In this document: positions 11,186 to 23,379 of the stretch, piece by piece
How the letters are laid out: the number at the start of each line of letters is the position of its first letter
Position numbering within the stretch: position 1 is the first letter of the stretch
The notes under the pieces: model-generated
Told to the model about the DNA's origin: nothing
Database searches by the model: none
Seen by the model: the letters and a program-made list of their open reading frames with translations, nothing else
DNA from: Eledone cirrhosa
Lineage: Eukaryota
DNA: 64,000 nt
Direction of reading: 5' to 3'
Assembly: GCA_964016885.1 (NCBI GenBank)
Contig: OZ024740.1
Location: 319,672,001-319,736,000 of the forward strand
Made by a program: the position numbers and the translations under genes

Positions 11186-12750
11186 ACTCATACACCATGA
11201 CAGCACTAACATAGCTCTAAAACAGATACACATACACCATAACAGCACTAACATAGCTCTAAAACAGATACACATACACCATAACAGCACTAAAACAGAT
11301 ACATATACACCATAACAGCACTAAAACAGACAAGTATACACCATAACTGCTCTAAAACAGATACACATACACCATAACAGCACTAAAACAGATACATATA
11401 CACCATAACAGCACTAAAACAGATACACATACACCATAACAGCACTAAAACAGATACATATACACCATAACAGCACTAAAACAGATACACATACACGATA
11501 ACAGCACTAAAACAGATACATATACACCATAGGAGCACTAAAACAGATACATATACTCCATAACAGCACTAAAACAGATATATATACACCATAGGAGCAC
11601 TAAAACAGACAAGTATACACCATAACTGCACTAAAACAGATACATATACACCATAACTGCACTAAAATAGATACATATACACCATAGAAGCACTAAAACA
11701 GACAGGTATACACCATAACTGCACTAAAACAGATACATATACTCCATAACAGCACTAAAACAGATACACATACACGATAACAGCACTAAAACAGATACAT
11801 ATACTCCATAACAGCACTAAAGCAGATATACATACACCATAGGAGCACTAAAACAGACAGGTATACACCATAACTGCACTAAAACAGATACACATACACC
11901 ATAACAGCACTAAAACAGATACATATACACCATAACAACACTAAAACAGATACACATACACCATAACAGCACTAAAACAGATACATATACACCATAACAG
12001 CACTAAATCAAATACATATATACACCATAACAGCACTAAAACAGATACATATACACCATAACAACACTAAAACAGATACATAACACCATAACAGCACTAA
12101 AACAGATACATATACACCATAACAGCACTAAATCAAATACATATATACACCATAACAGCACTAAAACAGATACATATACACCATAACAGCACTAAAACAG
12201 ATACAGAAACACCATCATAGCACTAAAACAGATACAGATACACCATAACTGCACTAAAACAGATACATAACACCATAACAGCACTAAAACAGATACATAT
12301 ACACCATAACAGCACTAAATCAAATACATATATACACCATAACAGCACTAAAACAGATACATATACACCATAACAGCACTAAAACAGATACAGAAACACC
12401 ATCATAGCACTAAAACAGATACAGATACACCATAACTGCACTAAAACAGATACATATACACATTAACAGCACTAAAACAGATACATATACACCATAACTG
12501 CACTAAAACAGATATATATACAGCATAGCAACACTAAAACAGACAGGTATATACCATTACAACACAAAAACAGCATTTGAAAGCAAACAGACATACACCA
12601 TTACACCACTGAAACAGCATCTGAAACAGGCAGACATATACCATAAAAGCACTAAAACAGACACTCAAACATCATTACACTATTAAAACAGCATCTGAAA
12701 GCAGACACGTATATACCATTACAATAAAAAAAAGCAGCATTGAAAACAGT
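11186..12750. repeat. 31-bp minisatellite, consensus CATATACACCATAACAGCACTAAAACAGATA, roughly 45-50 units, decaying at the right end
   Basis: Direct tandem units with variants (ATAGGAGC, ACAGGTAT, AAATCAAAT). An ~187-bp higher-order duplication is visible at ~12070-12443. Confidence 0.95.
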
Positions 12751-12881
12751 CAAACGTAAATATATATATATATGTATATATATATATACAGAGAGAGAGA
12801 GAGAGAGAGAGGGGGGGGTAGAACACTGAAAGGTAATATCCGTAGTGGTAGAGCACTCAGTCCATGGGATGAGTTTGGTAG

Positions 12882-13040
12882 AAGTAGTCACAACAGTTAG
12901 TTCACCATACCATACGAAGAACAATTGTTTCACCTTAAACGGATCTAAATATGAATGATGTTACATTCCACACCAGCTGAAGATCCGCTTACGGTGAAAC
13001 AATTGTTCTCGGTATGGTGAACTAACTGTTGTGACTACTT
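12882..13040. repeat. Inverted repeat (~60-65 bp arms), probable Penelope-like pLTR remnant
   Basis: AAGTAGTCACAACAGTTAGTTCACCATACC..GAACAATTGTTTCACC.TAA.CGGATCT (12882-12946) mirrors 12981-13040. Confidence 0.85.
12968..13017 (+). ncRNA. Degenerate minimal type I hammerhead ribozyme
   Basis: Stem I CCACACCAG / CTCGGTATGG (imperfect), core CTGAAGA (12977-12983), stem II CCG-CTTA-CGG with a U-U closing mismatch, GAAA (12996-12999), palindromic CAATTG loop III, then GTT as the cleavage triplet. Confidence 0.6.
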
Positions 13041-13074
13041 ATATATGTATATATTCAGAAACAGCAGCTTCTGG

Positions 13075-13383
13075 TATCAAGAAAGAATTACTGGACAGAT
13101 TTTACACTCAAAACCAACTGGCAGGAGACCCAGAGGTAAACACCGAGCAAGTTGGTTGGTTACCTTCCATGAGCTCGGCTGGTCTCGCTTGGGGATACAG
13201 CAAGATCAATTGGAGATGGTTGCTTCTGACAGGACCCACTGGAAAGAGTCTTTGAGGACTCTGCCACCACGACACACTCAAAAAGAAGAAGAAGAAGAAG
13301 AAGAAGAAGAAGAAGAAGAAGAAGAAGAAGAAGAAGAAGAAGAAGAAGAAGAAGAAGAAGAAGAAGAAGAAGAAGAAGAAGAA
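13075..13383 (+). mobile_element. 3' end of the Rex3/Expander-like RTE LINE with a (GAA)n tail
   Basis: QERITGQILHSKPTGRRPRGKHRASW..LGIQQDQLEMVASDRTHWKESLRTLPPR, homologous to 8715-9050, followed by ~33 GAA units (13285-13383). Confidence 0.8.
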
Positions 13384-13702
13384 ATAGCAGGAGTATCAGC
13401 ACCGTCATTTTCCCCTAGTATAGTGGGTCAGATTGTTACATTATGTGTATAGTAACAGGAATTAAGCTCGCATTATTATCTGTCCCTGCTATAGACATCA
13501 CCAGTATAGTATTAAATGGACAGTAGACAGATTGCATTATGTCCAAACTGTCACATTGCGATTCATACGATTCATCACTGAATATCGGATTATACAACAT
13601 GGTCTTCAGCTAGAATGGAGATATACTACAGCTAGGAGAATGGATCTATGAATCGCACAGCAATAACTACAATTACACACAAAGAACGTACAAACTCACG
13701 CA

Positions 13703-13778
<76 letters not shown>

Positions 13779-13836
13779 CGCGTGTGCGCGTGTGCGTGTG
13801 TGTGTGTGTGTATGTGTGTGTGTGTGTGTGTGTGTG

Positions 13837-13883
<47 letters not shown>

Positions 13884-13922
13884 ATATTTAATAAATGAAA
13901 ACTATATTTATAAAACCATATT

Positions 13923-13983
13923 TATTCTATTATATATATTTCAAGGGTACCAAAACTTTGGTACGCTTTCATCAGATAAAATA
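13923..13983 (-). ncRNA. Minimal type I hammerhead ribozyme (PLE pLTR, left arm)
   Basis: Reverse complement reads TATTTTAT CTGATGA AAG-C-GTACCAA-AGTT-TTGGTAC-C-CTT GAAA TATATA TA| ATAGAATA. Confidence 0.8.
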
Positions 13984-14260
13984 CAAAGTTGGTTTAATAA
14001 ATGTTGACATAACCAAGAAGAGATACCTTAACGGTTCAAGTTTTTCTTGGATAGTGAAGGGAAAAGAGAAGAAAAGTAAGATATTTCAAATTATTAAGAT
14101 GAGTATGCAAATGAGGTTGAGGTATAGGCTGAAAAAATGTTATTTTAGTCGCTATGCAGAATTTAAATAATTAGGATATATGTATGTATGAGTAGGAAGA
14201 AGAAAAAAAAGAAAGAAGAGCTTGTATTTACGTTAATTTAAAAGAAATTAACACTGAATA

Positions 14261-15022
14261 TCATACATTAAAAATACTTCTGAAAGTGGAATTTTGGCGA
14301 TGTCTGCAAGTAGAAAATAATTCTGTTTTAAGATTCATAGAGTTTTGACAGTTAATTATATAAAAGATTTCTTCGATACACAAGTTACAGAATCTTGAGA
14401 AAACGATATTTCGGTATGCAGGTGCTTTCGAAATCGTTCCCCAAGATATTGAATAGTCTATATTGTTGTCTTTTAAGTTCCAAATTAGATGTGAAAGTGA
14501 AGTGGAGGATTTTTTATCGGATCTATTAAATATGTGTTTATGGTTATACCAGCGTTCTTTGAATTTTGTAGAAGTGGCACCAATATAGTTCAATACTTTG
14601 TCTCTAGTTTTAACTGTGCATTTATAAATTACGTTTTTGTCTAAGCAATTATTTTTTAAGGGGCAGTTTGATTTAATTCTACAGTTACATTTTCTGGAGT
14701 TGGTGTTGTTCGGAACGGTACTATTATTCTGAATATTGTTGTTAGAAATATTATTATCGCTATCTTGGTTAGTTTGGTTAGGGTTTAAATTTAAGTTTCT
14801 ATTATTAATTCTATTTATATTTTGTGCTATGTTCATAGTAGTAGAGTAGGATAGTTTTATAGTGTCTCTGTTAAAAATAGAGTGGTATCTGTGGGCTTTA
14901 GGAAAACATTTATCTAGTACTTTAAAAAATAGCTTTTCTAAAGGTGTTTTAACGCTTAATGAGAATGAGGGAGAGTACCAAATAATATTTCTAGTTCTAG
15001 TTTTTTTTGTTTGGTTTAGTGT
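14261..15022 (-). pseudogene. C-terminal part of the PLE polyprotein: RT thumb, Cys-rich linker and GIY-YIG endonuclease (possibly Naiad-type)
   Basis: The frame is open from 15022 and reads RNIIWYSPSFS.SVKT...FPKAHRYHSIFNRDTIKLSYS, then CNC-x5-CP-x4-C, VIY..YIG.T..FKERW.NH, IW.LK, CNLC..E and CRH. The RT core is absent; an in-frame TAA lies at 15025-15023. Confidence 0.85.
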
Positions 15023-16139
15023 TTATTATTGTTCATTATTTTCCTAATGATACCCCTCTAAATATATTTTTTAGATGTAGATTGATAATCTTTAATTGAC
15101 ATTCTGAAAGTTTATCCTCTTTGCGATAGTTCTTCTAAATGCACATTACTTTTTTCCTCTTCTTTTGATCTTCAAACTTTCACACATCTTTCGACTAAAA
15201 TAATAAATAATTGAAATTAATCTCACACAAAATAATATATAATGTTCTCTATATATTTTCTGAGTAAATCATTCATCAAATTTAACGATTAACAAACAAG
15301 ATTTTAGTTATCTTTCCCTTTTCAATCGTGCAAACATAAACATTATATTATAATATAATATGTATGACAAACTATATAACTTCGTTAAATTAACAATATT
15401 CTGAAAACAATTTAAATGTTGGAACAAAATATTTGAATCTACAAATTGTTCTCCTCTTACAACTTGAACTATGTTTTTTATGTAAATTGCAAAATCAAAA
15501 TCCTTCGTAACTCATATTAGAAATATAAACAACTAATAATTGTAAATTATTTCTATTTCTATAATACTAATACATGCACAATTATTAATCTATATAGATA
15601 TTTATATATTTACAACCTATTGTAATGTAATAAGATAAAATCTTCTTACAACCATAATTCTTCATATAATCTAATTGATTATATATAAAATATTATAACT
15701 CATAATATAGCTAAATAAATTTAAATTCTGGAATCATATTCCACCATTCCCGCAAATTGTTAATTCCTTTTAAATTAACGTAAATACAATCTTAAAACAG
15801 AATTATTTTCTACTTGCAGACATCGCCAAAATTCCACTTTCAGAACTATTTTTAATGTATGATATTCATTGTCAATTCCTTTTAAATTAACGTAAATACA
15901 AGCTCTTCTTTCTTTTTTTCTTCTTCCTACTCATACATACATATATCCTAATTATTTAAATTCTGCATAGCGTCTAAAATAACGTTTTTTCAGCCCTATA
16001 CCTCAACCTCATTTGCATATTCATCTTAATAATTTGAAATATCTTACTTTTCTTCTCTTTTCCCTTCAATATCCAAGAAAAACTTGAACCGTTAAGGTAT
16101 CTTTTCTTGGTTATGTCAAAATTTATAAAACAAACTTTG

Positions 16140-16200
16140 TATTTTATCTGATGAAAGCGTACCAAAGTTTTGGTACTCTTGAAATATATATAATAGAATA
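16140..16200 (+). ncRNA. Minimal type I hammerhead ribozyme (PLE pLTR, right arm)
   Basis: Stem I TATTTTAT (16140-47) / ATAGAATA (16193-200) with one G-U pair, core CTGATGA 16148-54, stem II AAG.GTACCAA / TTGGTAC.CTT, GAAA 16181-84, palindromic TATATA loop III. Predicted cleavage after 16192 (AUA). Confidence 0.8.
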
Positions 16201-16335
16201 AATATGGTTTTATAAATATAGTTTCCATTTATTAAATATCATTGAATATTATACTCCAGAAACTTGTCGAGTGCTCTGAATCAGTTATAAACATTTATAT
16301 TTGTTGAATTACCAACAAATTGAATATCCCTTTTG

Positions 16336-16958
<623 letters not shown>

Positions 16959-17204
16959 CTATCGATATGACTATATTCCTGGAACGCTCCAGAAAATGTC
17001 AGGATCTTTCGGGCTTAAATATAAATGATGCGGAATTCAGCTATAGGGCAAAGGATTATCCCAAATGTTAGCAGTACTGGTTAACCAAATACATCGTGGA
17101 ATAATGTCTCGTTATTCGACTGTTATTAAAACAACATTTTAATGTAATAATATTTGATAGCTATCTTTGTTCAGGGTATCTTTATACAATACATTTCTGT
17201 TAAT

Positions 17205-17478
17205 TACGTGGCCCAGTGGTAAGGCTGTTGGACATACAATGTTACTTCAGTGGGTTCGATTTCTGTACTGCGTTGTGTTCTTGAGCAAAAACACTTAATG
17301 TCACGTTGCTCCAGTATACTCAGATGAAAAATAAACACCAGCAATAGCTAAGACTTTTACCATGCGATGGACTGGCGTTATGTCCAGGGTTGAAATCTTG
17401 TACTCTCAGTCGATTTATGCTACGAACACTGAGATAAGCATCAGCTTGATGTACCTCCGGGTTCGAGACAGACTTTAG
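17205..17478 (+). mobile_element. tRNA-derived SINE (second family)
   Basis: Pol III A box TGGCCCAGTGG (17209-19) and B box GGTTCGATT (17253-61). These are followed by TGTGTTCTTGAGCAAAAACACTT (CORE/Meta-like body) and GCGATGGACTGGCG..GTCCAGGG (V-domain-like), both recognised from memory. Confidence 0.65.
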
Positions 17479-17979
17479 ACGAGGTATTTGTAATATACCC
17501 TGTGTATATGTATATATATATATATATATATAAAGAATTAGTATATCTACCAACATATATATACAGATGCATACCTATGCTAGCAAATATATAGGTTTTG
17601 TCTTAGTAACTTTGTGGTTCAATGCAAGGGGATGCAGAACAATATATATATACAGTTATGTTTTTCACAAGGTATATATACACTGCGTGAGTTAGTAAGT
17701 AGATTGTTTGTGAGGTTTTTAGTTGGATTCACGTTGCCTCTCAGCTGGGAAAACAAAATGTATTGTTACTGTGTCACGCTGAACCTTCATGAGATATACA
17801 TAAGAGTACACGTACCGTTGATCGAATAACTAGAACATACGTCATTGGAATCAACGGTGGTTATCACACATACAATGTAGTATAAATGTTTGTTCGTGTG
17901 TAGAGTCAAATATACGTTTTTGTTGATTCAGGTCAGTTGGCTGCAGGTATGGCTAGTGCACAACCGTATATATATATAT

Positions 17980-18172
17980 AACGAAGGAGTTGTGGTAAGG
18001 AACCAAATGAACCATAACGCACCAGCGTACTCAATACTTAGGGTAGTAGAGTGGGTAATAGGAAAATGTATGACCCCGACGACAGAGCTCAAGCCGTTTC
18101 GACGGCTATTTCAGTCCAGAAATAGCCGTCGAAACGGCTTGAGCTCTGCCGTTGCGGTCATAGATTTTCCTA
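17980..18172 (-). mobile_element. Second copy of the fold-back half-hammerhead element
   Basis: Shares AACGAAGGA..TGTGGTAAGGAACCA..GTACTCAATACTTAGGGTAGTAGAGTGGGTAATAGGAA with 16421. Imperfect hairpin 18059-18172 with loop AGTCCA (18113-18). (TA)n flanks. Confidence 0.75.
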
Positions 18173-18185
18173 TATATATATATAC

Positions 18186-18276
<91 letters not shown>

Positions 18277-18345
18277 ATAGAAATCATACATTCAGATACA
18301 CATGCATATATGCACACATATATATATATATATTCGTGCATACAC

Positions 18346-18386
<41 letters not shown>

Positions 18387-18451
18387 CATACGCACACACA
18401 CAGACACATACAAATGCATATATGCACACACATATATATTCGAGCATACAC

Positions 18452-18480
<29 letters not shown>

Positions 18481-18482
<2 letters not shown>

Positions 18483-19090
18483 GTGGCTGCCAACTCGTTT
18501 TCGAGTACGGCCACTACTTTATATCCATGTAGGAGAACCCCTACCGATGCGCTAAACAAGTGTGACTTTTTAGTCCAGCTAGTGACTTGAAAACTCTGGT
18601 ACAAACACTACACTTGTGACAATTATTGACACATAGTGCTGGGCCCATGGTACCATGTGACGACAAGTGCAGAGAGATCTCCAGATATAAAGCAATGCCT
18701 GTGCCGTGAAGCTTTTATAGTGAGTAAAGGCACTGCACAAAGCCAGTCCCACTCTCTTAACCAAGATGATATTTACCAAAAAGAAGAACAAGTCAACATC
18801 ATTGGATACCATCAGAGTTGCAGGTGTTATATCAGAGTTTTCCTTCTCCTAGAATTCTGCCTTGACAAAGGCTAAGGGGTCATCTCTCCCGGTGATTTTG
18901 GATGGCCATTGACTCTTAAGAGCTCCTTTGCCCTTTGACAGGTTTTGTTTTTAGTCCCGCAGGATGTCCAAAGTCACCCTCCTCACCAAGAAACCTTGGT
19001 GGGGTTGCCAGTTTAGTCGCCAACGACCCGACCATGAGACAGGTTGTACTGGGATACATGTTACCAGTAGCACCAACTGGTGACCTGACA
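18481..19090 (-). mobile_element. Full-length copy (copy 4) of the RTE-related non-autonomous element
   Basis: Reverse complement runs from TGTCAGGTCACCAGTTGG to GAGTTGGCAGCCACCA. Nearly identical to 188-785, with (TA)n on both sides. Confidence 0.8.
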
Positions 19091-19598
19091 TATATATATA
19101 TATATACATACACACACACATACTTATATATATAATACATAACAACACGCCCATACACAAATATACCCCCCCCCCCCATATATATATATATATATATTTG
19201 CACACACACATATGTAAATATTTAAAGACAGATAACATATAGGCATAGATACAAAAATACTCATATCAGACAGATGAAGTTTTTTTTTTATATGTATTAA
19301 TATCAACAGTATATATATATATATGAGATATATCAATCAGTATATATTGAAATAGAGAGAAAGAGTGCATGACAGAAGAAATGAGACATCAACAGGAGGA
19401 AATTAAAAGGAAGGTATGACCAAAGAAAACAAACTTGAATCATATATATATATATATATGAATAAACCGAAATTGTAGTGATTTCCAGAGTTTCACTGAA
19501 GAGATGGGGCTGTCCGTCTTACCGTTGTTTTTTCCATTGTCTTTGTCCTGTGAGCCCCATATTATGTATGTATGTATATATATATATATTTATGTATA

Positions 19599-19699
<101 letters not shown>

Positions 19700-19705
19700 A
19701 GAAGA

Positions 19706-19745
<40 letters not shown>

Positions 19746-19843
19746 GTTTATTCGTTCTTGAATTTGTTTTGCGAGATTTCTTATCTGAAAACATGTGTTG
19801 AAACAGATATTGTTTATACTTTCGGAGGGTCATGCTGCCAATG

Positions 19844-19883
<40 letters not shown>

Positions 19884-20094
19884 AACATATGTATATGCGT
19901 GTATGTATGCCTGACTCTTTGTGTGTGTTTGGATGTATAAACGAAAGAAAAGGTACTCCATACAGGAGGTTGATTTTAAATATTTATCGTAATGGTATTT
20001 GAGGGGTTTTAACGCTACAGTGTCGGTTTTATTATAATAACGGTGCTGGCCATTATAGTGATGTTAATGATGATGAGTTATTGGTACATTGTTG

Positions 20095-21420
20095 CGTTAA
20101 ATTGGCCAGAATTGGTATGACATCCGACAAAATACCTCGTGGTGGATACCATGCTTTTCAGCATAGAGTTATGTCCCTTTATGTTCTGGGTTCAAATCCC
20201 GCGGAGGTTAGCTTTGCCTTTCATTCATACTGGTTCGATAGAATAAAGCACCAGTAATGCAGTGGTGTCGATTCAAGCGACTTTCCCCTTCCCCCCGAAA
20301 TTGTTGGCCTTGTGCCTAAAGTAGAAACCATTATTATCGGAGAATAGAGAAAGGCGGTGGATTGGCAGTATCGGTAGAGGGTCGGACGCCATGCTTTGCA
20401 GCAAAGAGTTACGGTCCTTTATGGTCTGAGATCAAATCCCGCCGTTGTTGACTTTGCCTTTCATCCTTACGGGGTCGATAAAATAAAGTACCAGTAATGC
20501 ACTGGGTAATTGCTGGCCTTGTGCCAAAAGTAGAAACAATTATTATCGGAGAATGTATAGTCTCATTTTATAAAGGTAGTAGAGTTGTTAGAGCGTCGGA
20601 CAAATGTTTAGCATTATTTGTTCCTATCGGTAGAGCGTCAGATACCATGCTTTGCAGCATAGAGTTATGGCCCTTTACAATCTGAGTTCGAATCCAGCTC
20701 AGGTTAACTTAGCCTTTCATCCTTACGGAGTCTTTAAAGTACCAGTAATGCACTTGGGTAATTGCTGGCCTTGTTCCAAATGTAGAAACATTATTTGTTC
20801 CAGCACTGGGCGGTGGATTGGCAGTATCGATAAAGGGTCGGACGCCATGCTTTGACGCAAAGAGTTACGGCCTTTTATGGTCTGATTTCAAATCCCGCCG
20901 AGGTTAACTTTGCCTTTCATCCTTACGGGGTCGATGAAATAAAGTACCAGTAATGCACTGGGATAATTGCTGGCCTTGTGCCAAAAGTATAAATAATTAT
21001 TTGTTCCAGCTCTTTACGTTCTGAGTTCTATTCCTCTCGAGGTCAACTTTAACTTTCATCCTTCCAAGGTTAATAAAATTAAATACCAGTAATGTACTTA
21101 GATAGACGTAATCAACCTTCTCCTTTCCACAAATTGCTGGTTTTGTGCCAAACTTAGAAAAAATTATTTAGTTACTTAACTTTTTAGTTACTTAACTTGC
21201 TTCGATGAAATGAAATACCAGTCATTTGGTTGGGTCATCTCACTGACTTTGCCAGCTTTGTGCCAAAATTATAAGGGGTGAGGTGGGGTTATGTTGCAGA
21301 AACAGTATAGCGAATGCAATCTCTTACATTCTGAGTCAAAATATTGCAAAGTTTAACGTTGCCTTTCGTTCTTCAGAAAACGATGAAATAAAGTACTAGC
21401 CGTCTACGTGGTGTCGATTT
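20095..21420 (+). mobile_element. Head-to-tail cluster of about 6-7 octopus-type SINE copies (Nin/Deu-like core)
   Basis: Repeated GGCGGTGGATTGGCAG..TCTGAG.TCAAATCCCGCCGAGGT..ACTTTGCCTTTCATCCTTACGGGGTCGAT.AAATAAAGTACCAGTAATGCACTGGG..TTGCTGGCCTTGTGCCAAAAGTAGAAAC. Units start near 20095, 20352, 20575, 20809, 21005, 21200 and 21290. Confidence 0.8.
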
Positions 21421-23273
21421 CATCTTCTATCAAGTTTAGCAAACAGTATATTGTGGTGCTAGTGGCAATGGTTATGTTGCTCGAGGTAACGGTGATAAAA
21501 ACATGCCGCTTCGTTCGTCCCTGGGTCAAAAAGATAAACATACTTTTTTATTCTCTGTTTTTGCTTGTTTCCTTAAAGTTTACCATCATTCCGTTGGTAT
21601 ATATCTATTACGCAATTTACACCTGAAAATGTTACCAGGTTCTTTCGTAACCTGGCCACTGAAATGAGCATAGTGTTTCACAAATAAATAATTAAGGAAA
21701 TTCGACATTTTTGGCCCCCTGTAATTTCACTTTATAATACATTTACTCCGTTCCCGCGCCACCAACATGATTCAACATCAAAGATGGATGAGTTGCATAA
21801 CGTTGAGTGCTTTTCTCATATTACGTCATGATTAACATTGCAGAATGCTTAATTCTGCCCAGTGGTAAACCACTAAATTTAAACGTATTTATGTATATAT
21901 ATATAGGTGGATTCTCAATGTATAACGGGAGGTGACCAATACGTAAGTAGAGTATAGACATATTTATTTTATTATAAAAATGATTTTTACTTGACTAGAA
22001 CTGTTTCATTCTTAAGAAATCATCAAGAAAGTATTCACTTTCCTGGTGATTTTTTACGAATGAGACAGTTCTAGTCAAGTAGAAATCATTTATATATATA
22101 TATATTGTTGTCTGGTGACCCTGTGGTAAACAGGGGAAACTCTCGAGTAAAAAGACACTATTCAACCTTAATAAAATGAATATAATATATATGTAAAAGG
22201 CAAACGGAAATAACAAAGCAATCAACACAGTATAATGAAGAAATATATTATTAGTTTTACCCTTGATATAGTAGGAAAATAGTTTCGGACGCTAGTCTTT
22301 CATCAGAAAATAAAATGAGAAATTAAAGAAGAAATAGAAAGATTGAGGAGACTGGGCAGTGGCAGAAACGAAATAGAAAGAACATTTTTTAGAGAAAAAA
22401 CAGGTCTATTCACGTCACCATCTCTTGGAAAATTGTTGAGGCTTGTGGTTTGTGCAACATGATCTTGTTTTAAAAGATGGTGATCGAACGCGTCTAGCTG
22501 AAAAGGAAAACAAATCGTTTTGTATATAGAGCTGTACGTGTGTGCGTGCGTGTACGTATGTGTGTGGGTTTGCTATTCGTCCGTACTAAGCTAAGAGGAT
22601 ATATGTGTGTGTATATGTAAGTTTAAGAATGTATGTGTGTGTGTTTATAAGTACGAAGCTGTGAGCATATGTGTATGTATATAAGGGTGTGTGAGAGTGT
22701 ATGTGTGTATGTATAAATGTGTGTAGTATTGTTGTTATTCAGCTGAAAATCAACCCTCATTTTGTAGCAGAGCTATGATGTAAGGAATCCTAGCTGTTGC
22801 CATCACATCTGTTTTTTCTAATATTACATTGTCCAATGTGTTGTTCCTGTTTTAAGACTGTAATGTGGGATTTGAACGGGATTTGGATAAATGGTCGAAC
22901 GATTGCGCATCAGCTCACTCGTTGCTATTTATGGTGATGATGATAATGATGATAATGATGATGATGATGATGAGGAGGAGGAGGAGGAGGAGGAGGAGGA
23001 GGAGGGGGGCACTGACAATGATATTAGTGGTGAGGGTAGCGCCTGTGGAGTAAAAAATTAGTTGTTGGTGGTGATGATGGTCGTCATCGTTGTTGCTGTT
23101 GTTGATGGTGGCGATAGTGGTCGCTGTTATTGTTATTGTTGTTGGATGTGGTGGTAATGGTCGTTGTTGTTGTTCAGCCATAGGTCAACCTTCATTAAAC
23201 AGATCTATGGTTAAGGATATTCCAGCAGTGACCATGCAGTCACGTTTCCTAGGTGTAGGAAACCCAAAAGAAT

Positions 23274-23379
23274 AGTTCATAGGCTGACCAAGATACTCTC
23301 ATGGAATGACTAAATGAGGTTTATTTTTCAACATACTCTCTTGAAAAAAACAATGCTAATACAGTTATTAATAAGAAGA
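23274..23379 (-). mobile_element. Partial copy of the mariner MITE seen at 5260-5446
   Basis: TTCATAGGCTGACCAAGATACTCTCA..AAATGAGGTTTATTTTT..CAGTTATTAATAAGAA is the reverse complement of ~5333-5429. Confidence 0.7.

Larger units (their letters stand above)
13879..16337. mobile_element. Penelope-like retroelement (PLE) remnant with two oppositely oriented 3'/pLTR ends, inserted in (TA)n
   Basis: GIY-YIG ORF fragment on the minus strand, 457-bp inverted arms 13879-14335 / 15788-16244, a hammerhead in each arm, and (TA)n flanks on both sides. Confidence 0.85.

Noticed and set aside
13045-13452. ORF with a poly-Glu tract
   Set aside because: It is a LINE 3' fragment reading into its (GAA)n tail, not a host acidic protein.
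13895-14170. Duplicated ~90-aa ORF (also 15974-16228)
   Set aside because: It is the antisense reading of the PLE inverted arm across the hammerhead, and the two copies differ by a frameshift near the end.
17209-17270. tRNA gene
   Set aside because: A and B boxes are present, but there is no cloverleaf and the sequence continues into a SINE body.
19496-19520. CTGAAGA followed by a hairpin (possible hammerhead); similar partial motifs near 13605 (minus) and 19784
   Set aside because: There is no correctly placed GAAA, or the core is mutated, and stems I and III cannot be formed.
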